From: Candidatus Latescibacterota bacterium
GTDB taxonomy: Bacteria; Latescibacterota; UBA2968; UBA8231
Reading direction: 5' to 3'
Assembly (NCBI GenBank): GCA_965248265.1
Contig: CBDFJF010000002.1
Location: 256,001 to 320,000, forward strand
DNA length: 64,000 bases
Under the pieces are notes generated by a model. It was given only the letters and a program-made list of their open reading frames with translations, had not been told where the DNA came from and did not search any database. The position numbers and the translations under genes were made by a program. This document shows, piece after piece, positions 10,441-19,349 of this stretch; positions within the stretch are counted from its first letter, which is position 1; each line of letters starts with the position of its first letter.

Positions 10441-10932
10441 TCATTTGAGTTCGTAATCGCCTTCCCACTCGTAGGTCAGACCCTCCGCGGTAATACGCCC
10501 CGAGTAGGTACCGCTGCCGCTGGCGCCCGAGAACATCCCGGTTCCCCCGGTGAACTTCCATGTGCCTTCGAACGTGGTGTGCGGTGTGCCTTCGCTGTCG
10601 ATTACAGTGGTTGTCGTCCCCTCGTAAACCGCGAAGGCGAGGTCTCCATTGGCGTGAGTGACCTTCCTGTGTCCCCAATGCTCTCCCGAGCCGGCCGTGT
10701 AGTCTGAAACATTAATGTGCTGGACACGTGAGTTGTCGAAGTTGGGGTCATCGCTGCTATCGAGGTAGAGTGCGTTAGTCATGGTGATCTCGTGAGCCGG
10801 GTGGTCGCCGGGGAACATCTTGGTCTCGGCAGCGATTCCGATACCCACACCAGTGGCGCTGACTTTTTTGGCGTTTGCCTCGCCAACAAGGACGACCAAA
10901 CACATTGCCGCGACTACAGTAAATCTCAACAT
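10441..10932 (-). CDS. Secreted hypothetical protein, dirigent/allene-oxide-cyclase-like beta-barrel motif
   Basis: GAGGAGG RBS, signal peptide MLRFTVVAAMCLVVLVGEANA, C-terminal GTWKFTGGTGMFSGASGSG. Confidence 0.6.
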   Translation of the reverse strand: MLRFTVVAAMCLVVLVGEANAKKVSATGVGIGIAAETKMFPGDHPAHEITMTNALYLDSSDDPNFDNSRVQHINVSDYTAGSGEHWGHRKVTHANGDLAFAVYEGTTTTVIDSEGTPHTTFEGTWKFTGGTGMFSGASGSGTYSGRITAEGLTYEWEGDYELK

Positions 10933-11027
10933 GGGAACCTCCTCGGGGCGGTAGGTGAGCGAAGTGGCGGGATCATACACATGGATTGGCTGGCCATCAA
11001 GACGTGGTGGAGGTTAGTTTTCGGCGC

Positions 11028-11981
11028 ATGATGGACTATCACACTCTTGGGCGCACAGGATTGCGGGTGTCATCGCTTGGTCTGGGCACCGTCGAGCTGG
11101 GGAGAGACTACGGTATCGAGGCACCGGGTCACTTCGGTCAACCCGCCGCGGCAGACGCCATTCGCCTGGTACACGCGGCTCTCGATGCCGGCATCAATTA
11201 TGTCGACACTGCGCGGGCGTACGGCGAGAGCGAGAAGGTGTTGGGCACGGCTCTGGATGGTCGGCGAGATCAGGTGGTGTTGGCGACGAAGGCCTTTACC
11301 CGTGATCCTGACGGCAATGCCCTAGCGGGGGACGCATTGCGACGCCATCTGTGCGATGAACTCAACACCAGCCTGGAGCTGCTGAAGACAGATTACCTCG
11401 ACCTGTGGCAGCTACACAATCTGGATGCCAATGTGCTGGACCAGATCGATGTGGTGGCTGAGGTGTTTGGCGAGGCGCAGCAGACCGGCAAGGTGCGCTG
11501 GACCGGGGCTTCTGGCTACGGCACCGAGTACCCGTTTCTGGCGCTGGAAACAGATGTCTTCGATGTGCTGCAGGTGCCCTACTCCGTGTTAGATCAACGC
11601 CTCAACGACGAGGTCATTCCCATGGCGGAGCAAAAGGGCGTGGGAATTGTTTCGCGCTCGATTCTGCTCAAGGGAGCACTGACTCCCAAGGCAGACCACT
11701 TGCCTGATCGACTCGAGACACTACGATCTCATTCACGCCGTTTCCGCGATCTGGTAGAGGCCTCCGAACTGGAGTTGACACCGGTACAGGTCGCTATCGC
11801 TTTCGGTCTGGCTCATCCGAAGATATCCACGGTGCTCGTAGGGGTCCGTACTGAGCAAGAACTGGGGGAAAACCTGAAGGCTGCAGAATGCTCCCTTGCA
11901 GAGGATTTGCTTGCGTCTCTTCGTGAGTTGCGCCTGAATGATCCGGACCTGCTAAATCCGGGTACCTGGGGAATTCCCTGA
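11028..11981 (+). CDS. Aldo/keto reductase
   Basis: LGRTGLRVSSLGLG, GINYVDTARAYGESE, LATK, LKTDYLDLWQLH. Confidence 0.92.
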   Translation: MMDYHTLGRTGLRVSSLGLGTVELGRDYGIEAPGHFGQPAAADAIRLVHAALDAGINYVDTARAYGESEKVLGTALDGRRDQVVLATKAFTRDPDGNALAGDALRRHLCDELNTSLELLKTDYLDLWQLHNLDANVLDQIDVVAEVFGEAQQTGKVRWTGASGYGTEYPFLALETDVFDVLQVPYSVLDQRLNDEVIPMAEQKGVGIVSRSILLKGALTPKADHLPDRLETLRSHSRRFRDLVEASELELTPVQVAIAFGLAHPKISTVLVGVRTEQELGENLKAAECSLAEDLLASLRELRLNDPDLLNPGTWGIP

Positions 11982-12917
11982 GCAACAGCCAAACATCGCA
12001 AAGTCATAGGCCGAACGGGCAATCTGCGCGATCACCTGCGCCGACTCCGGTGCCCCGATGAAATCGCTGGCCGAGACGGCCTTGACGAAAACGGCCACGA
12101 TGGCGTGACCGCCACTCGGTAGTGTGACGATTCCCACATCATTGGCGCAGGCTCTGGGAATGGTGCCGGTCTTGTGTGCGACGGTAATTCCAGGCGGTAG
12201 CAGCCCGCGCATCCGGTCCTGGCCCGTGTCGCATCGTTCCATGATGTCGAGGAGAACCTTGGTGCTGGACGGGCTCACCAGCTCTCCTCCCAGCAGCTGC
12301 TGCAGCAGATCCACCATCGCTTCGGGAGTCGAGGTGTCTCTGGGATCAATCAAGAACCGATCGGCCGGCTCGTCGTCAGGATCCTTTTCAAACACGCTTT
12401 CCTGGTTTTCACACAGAAAATCGTACGACCATTGTCCGTCTGGAACTCGATCGGTCACGCCGAAGGCATCGGTGAGCAACAGCTTGGCGGGGCGGTCGAT
12501 GCGCATGCCGTGGATGCCCCTGGCATGCAGGTAATCATTCATGGCCTGCTGCCCACCGGCGAGTTCGAGCATCTTGTCGGTGGCGGTGTTGTCGCTGATC
12601 GTCATCGCCAGGTTGATCAGGTTGTGCACGGACATGGCCAGCCCCGGATGGTGCAGGTGTTTCCTGAGCAGGCCACTGCCGGGACTGAGTTCGTCCTGAT
12701 CGATGGCGATCATGTCGTCGAGTCCGATCGCGCCGTCGTCGACCAGACTCAGGAGCCTGGCCGCCATGGCGATTTTGTAGGTACTGGCCATCGGAAATCC
12801 CTGTCCCTGGTTGAGGATCAGGCGTTGCCCGGAGCGTGGATGCAGGAACCCGAATCCAACCACGGCGCCGGAGGTGTCGGCGATGCGGGTGACTTCCTCA
12901 GCAAGCTGGGTAGTCAT
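11952..12917 (-). CDS. Class A beta-lactamase-like serine hydrolase (no signal peptide, atypical omega loop)
   Basis: FPMASTYK (SxxK), ISDN, DPRDTSTP, HKTG motifs. Confidence 0.82.
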   Translation of the reverse strand: MTTQLAEEVTRIADTSGAVVGFGFLHPRSGQRLILNQGQGFPMASTYKIAMAARLLSLVDDGAIGLDDMIAIDQDELSPGSGLLRKHLHHPGLAMSVHNLINLAMTISDNTATDKMLELAGGQQAMNDYLHARGIHGMRIDRPAKLLLTDAFGVTDRVPDGQWSYDFLCENQESVFEKDPDDEPADRFLIDPRDTSTPEAMVDLLQQLLGGELVSPSSTKVLLDIMERCDTGQDRMRGLLPPGITVAHKTGTIPRACANDVGIVTLPSGGHAIVAVFVKAVSASDFIGAPESAQVIAQIARSAYDFAMFGCCSGNSPGTRI

Positions 12918-13951
12918 GCTGCTGCCGCCACCGTGCGAAAGGCTTCGACGGTATAGTCGACGTCGTCGCGAGTCAGGTGGCGGTGAAGGACGAGTCTCAA
13001 GTCGTTCGGGGGCCGCTTGATTACCAACACACCCTGCGCCTGCACCCGCTCACTCAGTTCCTCGCTCGACCAGCCCAGCTCGGTTGCCTGGACCATGACG
13101 AAGTTGGTCGGATTCGGCGGCTGGCGCGGAGTGATGCCGTTGATGGTCTGCAATCCTTCGCACAACAGGCGTGCGTGCTCGTGATCCTCTGCGAGCCGGT
13201 CGACCATCTTTTCCAGAGCAATGATCCCAGCGGAGGCGATGGTGCCAGCCTGGCGCATGGTTCCACCGATGCCGCTGCGCAGTTTGCGGGCATCTGCGAT
13301 GAAATCAGCGCCTCCGCACAAAAGCGAGCCCACGGGTGCGCTCAGTCCTTTGGAGACGCAGAACATGACGGAGTCGACGTGCAGGGCGTAGTCGCTGGCG
13401 TCGACGCCAAGGGCAACGCAGGAATTGAAGAGGCGCGCCCCGTCCATGTGAATCTTGAGGCCGTGACCACGTGCAGCGGTCGTCGCCGCCTCAACCTCGT
13501 CGAGCTGCCAGGCGTAGCCGCCGCTGAAGTTGTGGCTGTTCTCGATGAACAGCAGGCTCGGGTTACCGTCTTGATCTCGAACGGACTTCACGAGTTCAGC
13601 AAGTAAGTCCTGGTCAATGACGCCGAATGGGGTGGCAAAGGTAGACGGTGTGACCCCGCCGGTGGTGTGAAACGGCTGGCGTCCCATCACGTGGGCGCGC
13701 TCGTGGCAGAAGAAGGTGTCCCCCGGTTCGGTATGGAGGAGCAGCGCCAAGCCGTTGGCCATCGATCCTGTTGGCAGCAGCAATGCGGCTTCCATGCCCA
13801 GTTTTTCGGCGGCCAGATCCTGCAGGCGGTTGACGGTCGGATCCTCGCCGAAGGCGTCGTCGCCGACTTCCGCCACCTTCATGGCCTCACGCATTTCATC
13901 CGTCGGACGTGTGATGGTGTCGCTCCTCAGGTCTACGGTGCGCGGTGCCAT
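12914..13951 (-). CDS. ltaE: Low-specificity L-threonine aldolase (PLP-dependent)
   Basis: DLRSDTITRPT, VGDDAFGEDPTV, PTGSMAN, ENSHN, HMDGARLFN, CVSKGLSAPVGS, GGTMRQAG. Confidence 0.9.
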   Translation of the reverse strand: MAPRTVDLRSDTITRPTDEMREAMKVAEVGDDAFGEDPTVNRLQDLAAEKLGMEAALLLPTGSMANGLALLLHTEPGDTFFCHERAHVMGRQPFHTTGGVTPSTFATPFGVIDQDLLAELVKSVRDQDGNPSLLFIENSHNFSGGYAWQLDEVEAATTAARGHGLKIHMDGARLFNSCVALGVDASDYALHVDSVMFCVSKGLSAPVGSLLCGGADFIADARKLRSGIGGTMRQAGTIASAGIIALEKMVDRLAEDHEHARLLCEGLQTINGITPRQPPNPTNFVMVQATELGWSSEELSERVQAQGVLVIKRPPNDLRLVLHRHLTRDDVDYTVEAFRTVAAAA

Positions 13952-14892
13952 CACTCCTCCTCTTCCTCCGTCACGTTTTCGGGAGAAAAGGCGGCTGCCG
14001 CCATGCGCGTGACGCGAGCGATGGCGAGGGACCCCAGCTCGGCGTTGTTACCGGGTCGCCCCAGCGCAAAACCTGCGACGACCAACGGTCCGGACGGCAG
14101 GTAGACGATGCCGACATTCCCCTTGATGATGCCGCTCGAGCCGTACTTGTGAGCGATGGTGATATCCGGGTTGATGTAGCGAGGGATCATGCGGCGGTCG
14201 CGCCCTTCTTTGAGCATGCCGAGCATGGTCGCTGAACTCTCGGCGCTGAGCATCTGCCCCAGATGGATCTTCTTGAGCATGTCCGCCATCTCGCTGGGGG
14301 CAGCCACGTTGTTCTCGGGAGAATCAGTGTAGGAGATGCTTTCGTAGTCGTGGCCGTTGGCCTTGGCGTTTTCCTTTTGCAATACGTCGTTCGCGGGGCA
14401 CGTCGGCACATCGTCGCTCAGTCCCGCCATGCGATAGTGATAGCGCCCCATCGTCACCGAGGTCCGCGTCTGGGTATAGCCCATGTCATCGAGCATGGCG
14501 TTGACGGCTCCGTCCCCGACGGCGTCCATCAAGACGCCCATCAAAAAGTCGGTCGCCGTGTTGTCGCTGACTGTGATCATCATCCGGCAGTAATCCCGCA
14601 GTGTCAGCTCGGGCGCATCCTGCGTCGTGTCGAGTACCTGCGAGCCGCCACGGCATATATTCCCGCCTTCGAACCGGCGACGGTCGTCCAGCGACAGCTG
14701 GCCGGCCTCGGCCTGGCGGAACAGCTCCATCATCACCGTCACCTTGCAGACGCTGGCGGTGGGGAAGCGCTCGCTGTCGTGGTAGGCGTACACAGCGCCG
14801 CTGTCGAGCTCTTCGACGTGGATGCCGAAGCGTCCGTCGAATTCCTCACCGACGCGATCCATCTCCGCTTTGGGAAACACGTGCTCAGCCAT
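13951..14892 (-). CDS. Class A beta-lactamase-like serine hydrolase (second copy, no signal peptide)
   Basis: FPTASVCK (SxxK), VSDNTATD, AHKYGS motifs. Confidence 0.8.
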   Translation of the reverse strand: MAEHVFPKAEMDRVGEEFDGRFGIHVEELDSGAVYAYHDSERFPTASVCKVTVMMELFRQAEAGQLSLDDRRRFEGGNICRGGSQVLDTTQDAPELTLRDYCRMMITVSDNTATDFLMGVLMDAVGDGAVNAMLDDMGYTQTRTSVTMGRYHYRMAGLSDDVPTCPANDVLQKENAKANGHDYESISYTDSPENNVAAPSEMADMLKKIHLGQMLSAESSATMLGMLKEGRDRRMIPRYINPDITIAHKYGSSGIIKGNVGIVYLPSGPLVVAGFALGRPGNNAELGSLAIARVTRMAAAAFSPENVTEEEEE

Positions 14893-14971
14893 AGATCACG
14901 ATCCTTTCTGTGAATACCAGAGCACAGGTCTACCGACGCGCAGCACCATGCCAATGCGAACGTCTTGCATT

Positions 14972-15769
14972 TCAGGAGACATCGGCACTGATGATGAGGT
15001 GCTCGACCCAGTCGTCGCTGTCATTGGTCAGACCGTGGGGGACGCTCGGAGGTCCGTAGACGGCATCGCCGTCCCGCACATCGATGGTTTCGTCGCCGAC
15101 GATCATCTTGGCCCGGCCTTCGGTGAAGTAGTAGACCTGCTCCATGTTGGCGTGCGAATGCGGTTTGGTTTCCAGGCCGGGCTGGAGTCGATGGATCGTC
15201 ACTTTCTTGATGCCCTCTACTGGCGCCTCGTTGTAGGACCTGCCTTCGGCACCCTTGGGGGCGAAGATGGACCACAGTAGTGCCGCGCCGTGAGAGATAT
15301 GGGGCTGGCTGTCGAGCCAGTTGCGATGGGCGATCGGCAGCTTGGAGCCGTGAGCACCATTGGCCGCAATCGCCTCCTTGTTTTTCGCCTGCCGTTCCTG
15401 CGATTCGGGCAGACCGTTGATGATGAGGTGTTCGAGCCACTCGTCGGTGTCGTTGATCATCTGATGGTGGCAGGTCGTGGGGATGCAGACGGCGTCGCCC
15501 TTCCTCACCTGGTAGATGACCTCGTCGATGTTGAGCTTGCCGTTACCGCGGGTGAAGTAATAGACTTGCTCGCGATCGAAGTGGACGTGGTTGTCGCCCG
15601 ATTTACCGGGCTGGATCTGGTGGAGGGTGAGCGCCTGGAACCCCTGCAGGACGGCCTGGTCCGGTGGTGCGTCGTCTCGCAGCCCTACCATGTGGAAGTA
15701 TGGCCATACGATGGCGGTCTCGTGGGCGATGTTGGGTACGATTCCTCTCCAATTGCGGACGGCTGCCAT
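14972..15769 (-). CDS. Bicupin protein (two tandem metal-binding cupin domains)
   Basis: Internal repeat HVHFDREQVYYFTRG…HHQMINDTDEWLEHLII / HSHANMEQVYYFTEG…PHGLTNDSDDWVEHLII. Confidence 0.85.
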   Translation of the reverse strand: MAAVRNWRGIVPNIAHETAIVWPYFHMVGLRDDAPPDQAVLQGFQALTLHQIQPGKSGDNHVHFDREQVYYFTRGNGKLNIDEVIYQVRKGDAVCIPTTCHHQMINDTDEWLEHLIINGLPESQERQAKNKEAIAANGAHGSKLPIAHRNWLDSQPHISHGAALLWSIFAPKGAEGRSYNEAPVEGIKKVTIHRLQPGLETKPHSHANMEQVYYFTEGRAKMIVGDETIDVRDGDAVYGPPSVPHGLTNDSDDWVEHLIISADVS

Positions 15770-15861
15770 GGTTTCTCCCTTGCTTTCTTTGAATGGTTTC
15801 GGACTCAGTGTACGGCATGAGGAGACCGGGCACCACGATTGAGCGGCGAGGTGACTTTCAA

Positions 15862-16845
15862 ATGGAATACAGGATGATCGGCAATACTGACATGAAGGTC
15901 TCCGTCATCGGGCTGGGGACCTGGCCCATGGGTGGGATCGACGGCGGTGTCATCGGCGAGAGCAAGAAGGTGCAGAAGCTAGGTTGGTCGGGCGCGGTCG
16001 ACGAAGAGTCGATGAAGACGGTGCGCAGGGCCGAGGAGTTGGGGGTCAACTTCCTGCACAGCTCCGAGGCCTACGGCGGCGGCCATGCCGAGACCGTGCT
16101 GGGTACAGCGCTAAAGGGTCGCCGCGACCGATTCATCGTGGCGACCAAGGTGCGTCCGATCATGGAGAATGGAGATGAGACCGCGGCTCGCCAGCGCATC
16201 CACGAGGCATTGGAGGGCAGCCTGCGACGGCTGCAGACCGACTACATCGACATCCACCAGCTGCACTCGTTTCCGCACAAGGACACGACGGCAGCCGTCA
16301 TGGAGGAGTACTCCAAACTCCAGCAGCAGGGGAAGGTGCGGCACGTGGCGATTTCGGCTACCGATCCCCAGCGGATTCGTGAGCTCAAGGGCCTCGGTGA
16401 CCTGGTAGCCATCATGTTCGGACAGAATTTGATGACGGCGCGCAACGACGAGGCCTTCGACCTTGCCGCGCGATTGAATATAGGGACCATAATCCTCAGC
16501 TCTCTGCATCAGGGGGTACTGGCCGGTCAGTGGTTCGGCAAGGTGCCCGACATCGGTCCGAACGACAAACGCTACGCCAATTTTACCTCGCCGGAAGCGA
16601 TCAAGGCTTTAGGAGTCCTCAAGGAGTTGGAGTTCCTGACTCAGGACGGAAAGCGCACGATGGCCCAGGCGGCGTTTCGCTATCTCATCGACATGCCCGG
16701 CGTCACCTCCATCCTCACCGGCGCACTGCGACCCGATCAGATCGAGGAGAATGTCCGTGCTCTTGAGACACCTCGGCTGACGGCAACGGAGACTGAGCGC
16801 GCTCTGGCAATTACGGCGGAGGCGACGAAGGTGTGGCAGGGGTAG
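15862..16845 (+). CDS. Aldo/keto reductase
   Basis: MEYRMIGNTDMKVSVIGLGTW, AYGGGHAE, VATK, SLRRLQTDYIDIHQLH. The usual catalytic Asp region reads FLHSSEAY. Confidence 0.9.
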   Translation: MEYRMIGNTDMKVSVIGLGTWPMGGIDGGVIGESKKVQKLGWSGAVDEESMKTVRRAEELGVNFLHSSEAYGGGHAETVLGTALKGRRDRFIVATKVRPIMENGDETAARQRIHEALEGSLRRLQTDYIDIHQLHSFPHKDTTAAVMEEYSKLQQQGKVRHVAISATDPQRIRELKGLGDLVAIMFGQNLMTARNDEAFDLAARLNIGTIILSSLHQGVLAGQWFGKVPDIGPNDKRYANFTSPEAIKALGVLKELEFLTQDGKRTMAQAAFRYLIDMPGVTSILTGALRPDQIEENVRALETPRLTATETERALAITAEATKVWQG

Positions 16846-16853
16846 GGAGGGAT

Positions 16854-17810
16854 CTACTCGATCGGAACCGGTCGGGAGTGGTTGACGTATAGCTCTTCGT
16901 CCGCGGGATGGATGACTTCGGAGATCTTGATCGTCGTCTTGCCGTGCGGCCCGGTGAACGGTACTCCCAAATACTTGGGTTCTTCCCCCACGAACAGGAC
17001 CACAGGTTGGTCCTTCTGAGCGTCGAGTTGTAGGACGTCACCCACCTGGGCCCGGCGGGCTTCGCCCACTGACAACTGGCCGCGACCCAGTTCCGCGCGT
17101 ACGGGCAGGTGGGTCTTTTCGAGACGGCGCTTGTTGCCACGGATCGTCTCCTCGCGGTTCTGGCGTCCCTGACGCACATAGGTCTGCTGACCCAAACGTG
17201 GCAGAATGGATTCCAGTGTGAAGAACGGGTAGCACAGGCTGATCAGGCCCGAAGCGTTTGACGAGCTGACCTCGAAGGCCAGCAGAATGACGATCTCGGA
17301 CGCCGCCGTGATCTGCATGAACTCCGGATTGGTCTCCAGCTCGATGTCGCTGATCTCCACTCTGAGGATGGGTTCCCACGTCGCCTCGAGATCTTCAATG
17401 GTGCGCTTGACGATTTTGGCGAAGATGCCCATCTCAATCTGCGACAGCTGCCGCGCGTCCACACCTGCCGACGAGCCCTTGCCTCCGAAAACGCGATCGA
17501 CGGACGAAAACACTATCGGCATGACGAAATCGAGGATGGCCTGCCCGTTGGTTGGCCCCAGGGTGAACTGATAGGAGCAACTCGGGTTCGACAGCGAATT
17601 GATGAACTCGGCATAAGTTGTCTGGTCGACGAAGGCCGTGTCCACGTCGACGACCTGACGCATGGCACCCGAGAACGTCGAGCTCAGAAGACGGGCGAAG
17701 TTGTCGTGCAGGTTTTCCAGCGTGCGCAGCTGGTCTTTGTTGACCCGCGCCGGATGCTTGAAGTCATAACTGGTGATGATGCGATTGGCGTTCATTTCGG
17801 TATTGGCCAT
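16854..17810 (-). CDS. fliM: Flagellar motor switch protein FliM homolog lacking the N-terminal CheY-binding peptide
   Basis: YDFKHPARVNKDQLRTLENLHDNFAR, VDQTTYAEFI, FGGKG (GGxG FliG-binding loop), ETNPEFMQI, LCYPF, C-terminal SpoA-like domain (VRAELGR…VGDVLQL). Confidence 0.9.
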   Translation of the reverse strand: MANTEMNANRIITSYDFKHPARVNKDQLRTLENLHDNFARLLSSTFSGAMRQVVDVDTAFVDQTTYAEFINSLSNPSCSYQFTLGPTNGQAILDFVMPIVFSSVDRVFGGKGSSAGVDARQLSQIEMGIFAKIVKRTIEDLEATWEPILRVEISDIELETNPEFMQITAASEIVILLAFEVSSSNASGLISLCYPFFTLESILPRLGQQTYVRQGRQNREETIRGNKRRLEKTHLPVRAELGRGQLSVGEARRAQVGDVLQLDAQKDQPVVLFVGEEPKYLGVPFTGPHGKTTIKISEVIHPADEELYVNHSRPVPIE

Positions 17811-17822
17811 GGCGTCTTTCTC

Positions 17823-19079
17823 CTAGCACATCTCATCTGCGTCGCCGCGGACTATCGTGATCTTACCCTGCTCCTCCAGCCGACGCACCTGCTGCACGAT
17901 ACGCAGCTGCACCTCCTCGACCTCCGACAGCCGCATCGGCCCCAGGGCCTCCATCTCATCTCTTACGGACTTGCGCACCTCTTCGGACATGTTGACCAGG
18001 ATCTTCTCCTTCAATACCTCCTCGGCCGCTTTGAAAGCGACGACGAGATCTTTCTGGTCTGTCTCCCGCAGAAGCAGCTGGATCTCCCGGTCTGTCAGCT
18101 TGGAGATATCGGCAAAGGTGAACATCAGATTGCGCACCGCCTCAGCTACCCCCGGATCTTGTGCATGGAACTGGTCGAGAACGTTTTTCTCCACACTCGA
18201 ACCGGTCAGATTCAGTATGTCAGCCACGACCTTGGGACCGCCAACATCCTGATTTCCCCTGAGGATGTCGGCTAGCGACGCTTCCAGGCATTCCTCGACG
18301 ACGCGGATGAGAGCCGGAGTGATGTTCTCCATCGTCGAGATGCGGTAAGTCACGTCCGACTGCATGCGCTCGGGCAGCTGGGCCAGGATGCCGGCCGCCT
18401 GGTTTGGATCGAGCTGGGACAACAGGAGGGCGATGGTCTGCGGATGCTCGTGCGAGATGAAAGGCGCCACCTGCTCCGGCGCCACATTCTTCAACAGATA
18501 AAAACCCCCACCCTCATCCCCGGGCTCGGAACGCAACAGCCACTGCCCCCGGCCCGTGCCGAAGGCTCGCTCCAGGAGAGCGCTGGCGAGGGCGGGTCCG
18601 CCGTCCTGCAGGTAGTCTCCGGCCTCGATCCGCTGACGCAGGGTCTCCAGCGCGTGCATGGCAACATGATGCTTGACCTCTGGCTCTTCGGCGACGGCGC
18701 TGGCAATCCAGCGAGCGTCGGCTTCGCGCAGGTGTTTGACAACTAGACCACCCACTTCCGCGCCCAGACCAGACATCAGGGCGGCTATCTCTTGACGAGG
18801 TGACATCCCAGCCTGCGGTCCCTCCGTCGCGTCCCCATCATCACGATGAATGATCGTGCGCACGACAGCCGCCGCGGCCTGGTCGTTTTCCCAGACAAAG
18901 GCATGCATGCTGCCGCTCTGTACACCTTGTGGATAGTGATGTCGTGACCGTGCTGACTGGGTCGACGATTCCGAAGCCGGCTCCTTCTCTTGAGCGACTT
19001 CGGCAGTTCGGGCCGGGGCCGAGGGTTTGGGTGGAATCTTGGGCCAGACGACCAGTTGGACTCTATTCTCCTGGTTCAT
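17823..19079 (-). CDS. fliG: Flagellar motor switch protein FliG homolog with ~90-aa N-terminal extension
   Basis: EHPQTIALLLSQL, DVGGPKVVADILN, LMFTFADI (MFxF), NMS…LGPMRLSEVEEVQ…RRLEEQGKI; start overlaps the stop of the upstream FliN-like gene. Confidence 0.9.
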   Translation of the reverse strand: MNQENRVQLVVWPKIPPKPSAPARTAEVAQEKEPASESSTQSARSRHHYPQGVQSGSMHAFVWENDQAAAAVVRTIIHRDDGDATEGPQAGMSPRQEIAALMSGLGAEVGGLVVKHLREADARWIASAVAEEPEVKHHVAMHALETLRQRIEAGDYLQDGGPALASALLERAFGTGRGQWLLRSEPGDEGGGFYLLKNVAPEQVAPFISHEHPQTIALLLSQLDPNQAAGILAQLPERMQSDVTYRISTMENITPALIRVVEECLEASLADILRGNQDVGGPKVVADILNLTGSSVEKNVLDQFHAQDPGVAEAVRNLMFTFADISKLTDREIQLLLRETDQKDLVVAFKAAEEVLKEKILVNMSEEVRKSVRDEMEALGPMRLSEVEEVQLRIVQQVRRLEEQGKITIVRGDADEMC

Positions 19080-19339
19080 GCCGGCACCTTTGGTGGTTCG
19101 AGAAGTCGGGTGACGCGGATGGCCATCAAATCGGTGACGACGACGATTTCGCCCTCGGCGAAGAGCCGCTGGTTGATCCGAATGTCGAAGGCTTCGCCGG
19201 CAAGCTTGAAGAAATCGATGCAGTCTCCCTTCTTCAGGCGTCGTGCCTCACCAAGGGTGATCTCCCTACGACCCAACTCCACGGTAACATCCGCATAGAC
19301 GTTGTCGACGCTGGCGCGATCGGGTTGCTGGTCAGTCAT
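19076..19339 (-). CDS. FliN/SpoA-domain protein (second copy)
   Basis: VTVELGRREITL…LAGEAFDIRINQRLFAEGEIVVV…IRVT SpoA pattern; GGAGGAGGAG RBS before ATG at 19339. Confidence 0.82.
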   Translation of the reverse strand: MTDQQPDRASVDNVYADVTVELGRREITLGEARRLKKGDCIDFFKLAGEAFDIRINQRLFAEGEIVVVTDLMAIRVTRLLEPPKVPA

Positions 19340-19349
19340 CTCCTCCTCC

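Noticed and set aside
11952-14892. Calling the two SxxK/SDN/KxG proteins antibiotic-resistance beta-lactamases
   Set aside because: No signal peptides, no Glu166-equivalent, and a metabolic operon context.
17425-17455. Internal 'LSQIEMG' in FliM as a relocated CheY-binding motif
   Set aside because: It occupies the position of the normal conserved R-x-(L/F)-(T/S)-x-I-E motif of the FliM middle domain, right after GGxG.
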